The position numbers and the translations under genes were made by a program. A stretch of 64,000 nucleotides of DNA from an uncultured Bacilli bacterium (GTDB lineage Bacteria > Bacillota_I > Bacilli_A > RF39 > UBA660), in contig CAKPSO010000001.1 in the NCBI GenBank assembly GCA_934183185.1, forward strand, positions 21,846-85,845, written 5' to 3'. Below are positions 58,461 to 64,000 of this stretch, in pieces. The notes beneath the pieces were generated by a model. The model did no database searches. It worked only from the letters and a program-made list of their open reading frames with translations, and was not told the origin of the DNA. Numbering within the stretch: position 1 is the stretch's first letter; each line of letters begins with the position of its first letter.

Positions 58461-58489
58461 AAAAAGCATTTACAAAAATGCTTTTTTTT
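58461..58489 (+). terminator. Rho-independent terminator after the BI-1-like gene
   Basis: AAAAAGCAUUU-acaa-AAAUGCUUUUU followed by a U-run. Confidence 0.7.
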
Positions 58490-58494
58490 GTTAT

Positions 58495-58545
58495 ATTACT
58501 AGCGAGTATTAAATGTACTCCTTGCTAGTAATAGCCAAAAGACCA
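58495..58545 (+). promoter_or_regulatory. Structured rpsF leader (8-bp inverted repeat TTACTAGC...GCTAGTAA around a ~22-nt loop), a candidate S6:S18 autoregulatory element
   Basis: Inverted repeat lying directly upstream of the rpsF RBS AAAGGAGGTG. Confidence 0.35.
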
Positions 58546-58561
58546 AAAGGAGGTGTAGAAA

Positions 58562-58852
58562 ATGAGAAAGTATGAAATCATGTTTATTGTAAAACCAGAC
58601 TTAGAAGAAGCAGCAATGAAACAAATAGTTAAAGATATGCAATCAGTATTAGAAAGTAATAATGCTAAAGTACTAGATTTAAAAGAAATGGGACAACGTG
58701 ACTTAGCATATGAAATTAATAAATACAAGACTGGATATTACTTCTTATTTACTATTGAGACTGAGGATTTAACAGCAACAAAAGAATTCGATCGTTTATC
58801 ATTAATTAATGAAAATATTCTTCGTCACTTAATAGTAAGAGTAGAAGACTAA
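58562..58852 (+). CDS. rpsF: 30S ribosomal protein S6
   Basis: MRKYEIMFIVKPDLEEA is the canonical S6 N-terminus. rpsF-ssb-rpsR operon. Confidence 0.9.
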   Translation: MRKYEIMFIVKPDLEEAAMKQIVKDMQSVLESNNAKVLDLKEMGQRDLAYEINKYKTGYYFLFTIETEDLTATKEFDRLSLINENILRHLIVRVED

Positions 58853-58865
58853 GAGAGGTAATAGT

Positions 58866-59342
58866 ATGAATAAAGTATTTTTAATTGGTAGATTAACTAG
58901 AGACCCAGAATTAAGATATACAACTAGTAATATTGCTACAGCTACATTTAGTATAGCTGTAAATAGAAATTTCACAAATCAAAATGGAGAAAGAGAAGCT
59001 GATTTTATCAACATTGTAGTTTGGAGGAAACAAGCAGAAAATGTTAAAAATTATTTAACTAAAGGTAGTCAAGTAGCTATCGATGGTAGAATTCAAACAA
59101 GAACATATGATGGCCAAGATGGACAAAAAAGATATGTTACTGAAGTAGTGGCAGACAATGTTCAATTTCTAGATACTAGAAATGGCAGTGTTCAAGCTAA
59201 TCCAACAACATCAGGACCAAGCCCATATGATTTTGCAGATCAAGCGCCATCACCAGCACCACAAACTACTGATGTAGCTTCAGACCCTTTCGCTGATTTT
59301 GGATCATCAATCGAAATAAGTGATGATGAATTACCATTCTAA
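58866..59342 (+). CDS. ssb: Single-stranded DNA-binding protein
   Basis: OB fold ([19 protein letters not shown]) and an acidic C-terminal tip DDELPF. Confidence 0.9.
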   Translation: MNKVFLIGRLTRDPELRYTTSNIATATFSIAVNRNFTNQNGEREADFINIVVWRKQAENVKNYLTKGSQVAIDGRIQTRTYDGQDGQKRYVTEVVADNVQFLDTRNGSVQANPTTSGPSPYDFADQAPSPAPQTTDVASDPFADFGSSIEISDDELPF

Positions 59343-59359
59343 GAAGGAGGAAAATAAAT

Positions 59360-59575
59360 ATGGCAGAATTCTTTAGAAAAAAGAAAAAAGTATGCTACAT
59401 GTGTACAGGTAAAAATATTGATTACAAAGATGTAGAAACTTTAAAAAGATATATTAACGATAAAGGTAAAATTTTACCTAGAAGAATTACAGGAGCATGC
59501 GCTAAACACCAAAGACATATTGCAGAACAAATCAAACGTGCTCGTGCAATAGCTTTATTACCTTATACTAAATAA
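59360..59575 (+). CDS. rpsR: 30S ribosomal protein S18
   Basis: KKVCYMC...[13 protein letters not shown]...RITG...HQR is canonical S18. Confidence 0.9.
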   Translation: MAEFFRKKKKVCYMCTGKNIDYKDVETLKRYINDKGKILPRRITGACAKHQRHIAEQIKRARAIALLPYTK

Positions 59576-59577
59576 TA

Positions 59578-59618
59578 AAGAGAAGAATTATCAATTTGAT
59601 AATATTCTCTTTTTTTTC
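59578..59618 (+). terminator. Rho-independent terminator after rpsR
   Basis: Imperfect hairpin AGAGAAGAAUUAUCAA/UUGAUAAUAUUCUCU followed by a U8 run. Confidence 0.6.
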
Positions 59619-59660
59619 TTATAAAAATACCTTATAATAAGTCATCAAGAAGGTGATAAT

Positions 59661-60623
59661 ATGTCTAATTTATATGAATCATTAACATTAGCCAGTAATC
59701 TAATAGAAAATAAAAATAAATATAATTTGAAATATAATACTTTTTTTCAAAAAATATATCCATTCACAACACAAAATTTAAAGGATCAATATAATATTTT
59801 TGATTTATCTAGTAAAGATATACTAACAGTTCAGGGAAGTGGTGATCAAATACTCGAACTATTATTAAATAAAGCTATAAATATAGATGCTTTTGACATA
59901 AATCCATTGACTGAATACTACTGGTATTTGAAAATGGCTTGTTTCTTAGCTAAAATAGTTCCGGAAGAATACTTTAATTATCTAAGATATAAAGATTACC
60001 CCAAATTTTCAATAAAAAATGATAAATGTTTCAACATTGAAACATTTAATAAAATAAGTTCATACCTACCAACAAATTACAGACTATTTTGGGGAACACT
60101 TTATAAAAAATACTCATCACTAGAAATAAGACGAGAAAATTATCTATTTTCATCAGATGAAGAGCGAGAAAAAGTATTTGCCCAGACTTTAAATTATTTT
60201 GACTCAATAAACTTTGAAAAATTATACACTCTAGTTTCAAAATTAAATTATCATTTCATAGAATCAGATTTTAAAAATTTACCTCATACTTTATCAAAAC
60301 AATATGATTTCATAGATTTATCAAATATTATAAGATATAGCGATATAATGTGGAAAAGCGAGCCACTACGTCACTTTCAAGAAATTATAAATCAGCTTAT
60401 ACCATATCTAAAGGATGATGGTATAATGATTGTTGGTTATCTTTATCAAGCCAATACTGAATATAGTGGTTACGAATGTTATCAGAAAAAAATCAGAGAT
60501 TTATACTTTCCACAGTCTAAATTTCATTATTATTATTTTAATGGCATAACTGATATTAAAACTGAACCACAAAAATTAGATCCAGATGCTATTCTAGTTT
60601 ATCAGAAAAGAAAAAACCATTAA
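59661..60623 (+). CDS. Hypothetical protein (320 aa, soluble, Tyr/Phe/Asn-rich), possibly a SAM-dependent transferase-like fold
   Basis: ORF with an AAGGTGA RBS. The weak Rossmann-like motif ILTVQGSGDQILELL...AFDINP suggests nucleotide/SAM binding. No confident family assignment. Confidence 0.45.
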   Translation: MSNLYESLTLASNLIENKNKYNLKYNTFFQKIYPFTTQNLKDQYNIFDLSSKDILTVQGSGDQILELLLNKAINIDAFDINPLTEYYWYLKMACFLAKIVPEEYFNYLRYKDYPKFSIKNDKCFNIETFNKISSYLPTNYRLFWGTLYKKYSSLEIRRENYLFSSDEEREKVFAQTLNYFDSINFEKLYTLVSKLNYHFIESDFKNLPHTLSKQYDFIDLSNIIRYSDIMWKSEPLRHFQEIINQLIPYLKDDGIMIVGYLYQANTEYSGYECYQKKIRDLYFPQSKFHYYYFNGITDIKTEPQKLDPDAILVYQKRKNH

Positions 60624-60754
60624 TGACATTATTGACCATTTATAGTATAATAAGAATGGATATTTAAAGAGGCATCAAATAAAATATACTATCTAAATTA
60701 AAATTAATAACTATTAATACAGATTAGTAAATATATCAAAATGGAGGAAATACT

Positions 60755-61195
60755 ATGCAAGTAATTTTTATAAAAGATTTAAAAAAACAAGCAAAAAAAG
60801 GTGAAATCAAAGAAGTAAAAGATGGTTATGCTCAAAACTATTTAATCAAAAATGGTTATGCAGTAAAACTTACAGAATCAAGTTTAGCAAGCTATGAAAA
60901 AGAAAAAATACTAGAAAGAAACACCATTATGCAAAAAGAAGAAGAAGCTACAAAACTAAAACAAGACCTAGAAAAAGTAGTTTTACTATTTAAAGTAAAA
61001 ACAGGAGAACAGGATAAAGTGTTTGGTAGTATAAGTGCTAAACAAATAAAAGATGAACTACATAAAAAAGGTTACAAAATAGATAAACGTCAAATAGAAT
61101 TACTAAGTGGCTTATCATCATTAGGATACCATAATGTTAAAATTAATCTATTTAAAAATATAGATGCAATTATTAAAGTTCAATTAGTAAAATAA
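60755..61195 (+). CDS. rplI: 50S ribosomal protein L9
   Basis: MQVIFIKDLKKQAKKGEIKEVKDGYAQNYLI is the canonical L9 N-domain. Confidence 0.9.
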   Translation: MQVIFIKDLKKQAKKGEIKEVKDGYAQNYLIKNGYAVKLTESSLASYEKEKILERNTIMQKEEEATKLKQDLEKVVLLFKVKTGEQDKVFGSISAKQIKDELHKKGYKIDKRQIELLSGLSSLGYHNVKINLFKNIDAIIKVQLVK

Positions 61196-61208
61196 AGAGG
61201 TGACCATA

Positions 61209-62570
61209 ATGGCAGTAAAACAAGTACCACATGATCTAATAGCGGAGCAATCTGTTTTAGGAGCTATGTTTTTGTCTAAATATGCAATAGAAAAAGCAAC
61301 CGAAACACTAACTAAAAAAAGCTTTTATGATGAAAAAAATGGTATTATATTTCAAGCAATAGTTGACTTATCAGATCGAAAAACTCCTATTGATTTAACT
61401 ACGGTAACAGCTGAACTAAATCAAATAAAAAAACTTCAAGAAGTTGGAAATGTAGAGTATTTAACAGAATTAATAAATATAGTTCCAACAGCCGCAAATA
61501 TTGACTCTTATATTAAGATAGTAGAAGATACTGCATTATTAAGAGGAGTAATCGATACTTCTACTGAAATAGCCACACTAGCATACGAAAATGAAGGTGA
61601 GGTAGCTGATATACTTGACCAGGTAGAACAGAAAATAGTAAAAATTATTAGAAATAGACGCTCAAGTGAATTTAGAACTATTCAAGAAGTGTTGGGTGAG
61701 GTACAAAAAAATCTAGAAAAATTATCAGAAACTAAGGGAGAAGTTACTGGTATACCTACAGGTTTCTATGAATTAGATAAATTAACATCAGGATTTCATG
61801 AAAATCAACTTATTATATTAGCAGCTAGACCTGCCATGGGAAAAACAGCTTTTGCCTTAAATCTTGCAACTAACGTAGCTGTTAATACTAATAAAACAGT
61901 AGCTATATTTTCTCTGGAAATGGGTGCAGAACAATTAGCTAACCGTATTATTTCATCCCTTGGACAAATTGAAGGATCAAAACTATCTAGTGGTAATTTA
62001 TTAAATAATGATTGGAAGCGTATAACTGAAGCACGTAGTCAACTCGCAACAGCTAAACTATATATATCAGATGATGCTGGAGTAACAGTAGGCGATATTA
62101 AATCAAAATGTAGAAGACTAGCAACTAGTGAAGAAGGCTTAGATTTAGTAATAATAGACCACCTACAACTACTAACTATGGGTGGAAATTATGGTAATAA
62201 TCGTCAAGCAGAAATTACTGATATTTCAAGAAGCCTAAAAAAAATGGCAATGGAATTAAACATCCCAGTAATTGCCTTAGCACAGTTATCCCGTGGAGTT
62301 GAATCACGTGAAGATAAAAGACCTAAAATGAGTGACTTAAGGGAATCAGGATCAATAGAACAGGATGCCGATATAGTAGCATTATTATATCGTGATGACT
62401 ATTACCAAACACCAAAAGATTCTAATGAATCACCTGACCCAAGCTTAAGTGAACTAATCATAGGAAAACATCGTAATGGTCCAACAGGAAAAATAGATCT
62501 ATTATTCCGTAAAAACACAAGTACTTTTTTAAATTTTATAAAAGATAATAAGGGTGAACCAAATGAGTAA
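61209..62570 (+). CDS. dnaB: Replicative DNA helicase (DnaB family; dnaC in B. subtilis nomenclature)
   Basis: N-terminal PHDLIAEQSVLGAMF. RecA-like core with Walker A (ARPAMGKTAFALN), Walker B and an Arg finger. ATG at 61209 with a GAGGTG RBS. The ORF-track start is a GTG. Confidence 0.9.
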   Translation: MAVKQVPHDLIAEQSVLGAMFLSKYAIEKATETLTKKSFYDEKNGIIFQAIVDLSDRKTPIDLTTVTAELNQIKKLQEVGNVEYLTELINIVPTAANIDSYIKIVEDTALLRGVIDTSTEIATLAYENEGEVADILDQVEQKIVKIIRNRRSSEFRTIQEVLGEVQKNLEKLSETKGEVTGIPTGFYELDKLTSGFHENQLIILAARPAMGKTAFALNLATNVAVNTNKTVAIFSLEMGAEQLANRIISSLGQIEGSKLSSGNLLNNDWKRITEARSQLATAKLYISDDAGVTVGDIKSKCRRLATSEEGLDLVIIDHLQLLTMGGNYGNNRQAEITDISRSLKKMAMELNIPVIALAQLSRGVESREDKRPKMSDLRESGSIEQDADIVALLYRDDYYQTPKDSNESPDPSLSELIIGKHRNGPTGKIDLLFRKNTSTFLNFIKDNKGEPNE

Positions 62571-64000
62571 AAAAACATTATTATTAACATTAATAGCAGC
62601 TATCTTATCAGCTGTAATGGTATACATGGGAAGTAATAGTGCTACCTGTGCCAAACTACTTGGAATAAACACAATAAATACTACCCCTAAACAATTATAC
62701 CGCGTATATTTAGGTGGAGAATCTATTGGACTAATTAAATCTATAGATGAACTTGAAACATTTATTGATGAAAAACAAACAGAATTAAAAGCTAAATATA
62801 ATGTCGATAAAGTTTATGTACCTAATGATTTAGATGTAGTTCAAGAAATTACTTATAATGAAAAAACAGAAAATGTAGAAGACATATATAATAAGATTCA
62901 AAAGATAAAAGGAGACGAATCATTCACTATAGATGGTTACAAGATAGTAATTCATGGTATTCAAAAGTTAAGTGAAGATGGTACAGATCAAACTACTGAG
63001 GATCAAACTATATATGTTTTAGATAAAAATATATTTACATCAGCAGTGCAAAAAACAATAAAATTATTTGTTAATTCTACTGATTATTCTAATTTTATTA
63101 ATGATACTCAACCGGAATTAACAGGTGAAGGTAAGATAATAGAGGATTTATATATAAAAAATAATATTACTATTAAAAAGGATCGTATTCCAACAGGAAC
63201 AAAAATCTATCAAACAGAAGAAGAATTAAGTAAATATCTCCTATTTGGAACAACAGAAGATCAGAGTACATATATAGTTCAAGAAGGAGATACTATTGAA
63301 GAAATAGCCTATAATAATAAGTTGTCAACAGAAGAATTTCTAATAGCTAACACTGAATATAAAACAGCTACTGATTTACTATATCCAGGCAAAAGAGTAG
63401 TATTAGGAATAATAAAACCTCAATTTGATACTGTAGAAGAAACTCATACAGTAACTAGAAAAAATATTCAAAAAGAAACAGTGTATGAAGATGATAATAC
63501 ACAATATGCAGGATATGAACAAGTTAAAGAAGAAGGAGAAGATGGTATAAGTTTAGTAACAGAAAAAATTCAATATACAAATGGTGAAATAACTTCAGTT
63601 GTTACTATAACAGATCAAGAAAAAGTAATAAAACCAGCAGTAAAAAAAGTAGTAATAAGAGGTACTAAACAGTATACTGTATCAAGTGGAAGTAGCTACA
63701 ATATAGATGTACCAGTTGGTGTAGGTAGCTGGGTATGGCCAACCACAACTAGTACTATAAGTAGTACTTATGCCTATAGATGGCAAAGTTTCCATAAAGC
63801 AGTAGATATTACTGGAAATATGGGTTCTCCTATAAGAGCTGCTAATAACGGTGTAGTAGTAATATCATCATATACTAAAGGAAATGGTAATTATATAATT
63901 ATTAAACATGCCAACGGCTATTTCACAGAATATGCCCACCTAGCAGCACGTTATGTACAAAAGGGTCAAATAGTTTATGCTGGTGATACGATAGGTACTA
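62563..64000 (+). CDS. LysM-domain M23-family peptidoglycan endopeptidase (partial; C-terminus beyond the right edge)
   Basis: Reading frame open from the ATG at 62563 to the window end. Signal/anchor helix. A LysM motif (YIVQEGDTIEEIAYNNKLSTEEFLIANT). The M23 catalytic region (HKAVDITGNMGSPIRAANNGVV...GNYIIIKHANGYFTEYAHL) is in progress at the window end. Confidence 0.75.
   Translation, partial: MSKKTLLLTLIAAILSAVMVYMGSNSATCAKLLGINTINTTPKQLYRVYLGGESIGLIKSIDELETFIDEKQTELKAKYNVDKVYVPNDLDVVQEITYNEKTENVEDIYNKIQKIKGDESFTIDGYKIVIHGIQKLSEDGTDQTTEDQTIYVLDKNIFTSAVQKTIKLFVNSTDYSNFINDTQPELTGEGKIIEDLYIKNNITIKKDRIPTGTKIYQTEEELSKYLLFGTTEDQSTYIVQEGDTIEEIAYNNKLSTEEFLIANTEYKTATDLLYPGKRVVLGIIKPQFDTVEETHTVTRKNIQKETVYEDDNTQYAGYEQVKEEGEDGISLVTEKIQYTNGEITSVVTITDQEKVIKPAVKKVVIRGTKQYTVSSGSSYNIDVPVGVGSWVWPTTTSTISSTYAYRWQSFHKAVDITGNMGSPIRAANNGVVVISSYTKGNGNYIIIKHANGYFTEYAHLAARYVQKGQIVYAGDTIGT

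Noticed and set aside
1-64000. Mobile elements, prophage, CRISPR-Cas, rRNA and tRNA genes
   Set aside because: No transposase, integrase, Cas or rRNA signatures were seen. The intergenic gaps were inspected and none contains tRNA-like GTTCGAATC/TPsiC motifs. A dedicated scan (tRNAscan/Infernal) was not possible.

Overview
This window is the replication-origin region of a very AT-rich, spore-forming, low-GC Firmicute (Clostridia/Bacilli-like) chromosome, and it contains a centromere-like array of six ParB binding sites (parS), three of them paired with Noc binding sites.

**Origin and gene layout.** dnaA (42506..43882, minus) and rpmH (44260.., plus) diverge from an approximately 380-bp AT-rich spacer (43883..44259). 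This spacer holds at least five DnaA-box-like 9-mers (TGTGGAAAA x4, TGTCCACA). A second box cluster (TGTGGATAA) lies between dnaA and dnaN. Together they form a bipartite Firmicute-type oriC. Every gene left of the origin is on the minus strand and every gene right of it is on the plus strand, with no exceptions, so all genes are co-oriented with replication.

**Left replichore (minus strand, reading away from the origin).** The order is dnaA, dnaN, a ComK-family gene, recF, gyrB, gyrA, a 1.1-kb non-coding region, 4.5S/SRP RNA (ffs), tadA, dnaX, ybaB, recR, bofA-like, holB, yaaT/ricT, yabB methyltransferase, rsmI, pth, mfd, a hypothetical, spoVT, a T-box leader, dut-like, metG, tatD, a 3D-domain protein, a SipW-like signal peptidase with two membrane proteins, rsmA/ksgA, a hypothetical, yabG, veg, spoVG, yabP, yabQ, divIC, tilS, ftsH, two unknowns, dusB, an RDD protein, lysS, a YfcC-like transporter, and the 5' part of clpC, which runs off the window edge and is missing from the ORF track.

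**Right replichore (plus strand).** The order is rpmH, rnpA, yidC, jag/khpB, mnmE, mnmG, rsmG, an HD-domain protein, noc, soj/parA, spo0J/parB, an MscS-like channel, a DUF951 protein, an AbgT-family transporter, ychF, a BI-1/YccA membrane protein, rpsF, ssb, rpsR, an unknown 320-aa protein, rplI, the replicative helicase, and a partial LysM/M23 peptidase.

**Main finding.** The 1.1-kb intergenic region between gyrA and ffs (about 33880..34870) carries six near-consensus parS sites (TGTTNCACGTGAAACA). Three of them sit in conserved ~58-bp tandem modules, each followed exactly 10 bp later by a perfect Noc-binding-site palindrome (TATTTCCCGGGAAATA). Two further solo NBS copies occur elsewhere in the window (27188, 47780). 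Both cognate proteins are encoded here, and the HTH specificity residues assign the 362-aa ParB-like protein to Noc and the 296-aa one to ParB.

**Other points.**
- A T-box leader precedes an unusual dut-metG bicistron.
- The SRP RNA overlaps the longest ORF call for tadA, so the tadA start is moved.
- Many ORF-track starts are TTG/GTG-extended and were trimmed to RBS-supported ATG/GTG starts.
- No rRNA or tRNA genes, CRISPR arrays or mobile elements were seen. rRNA/tRNA were checked only by eye in the intergenic gaps, without a search tool.
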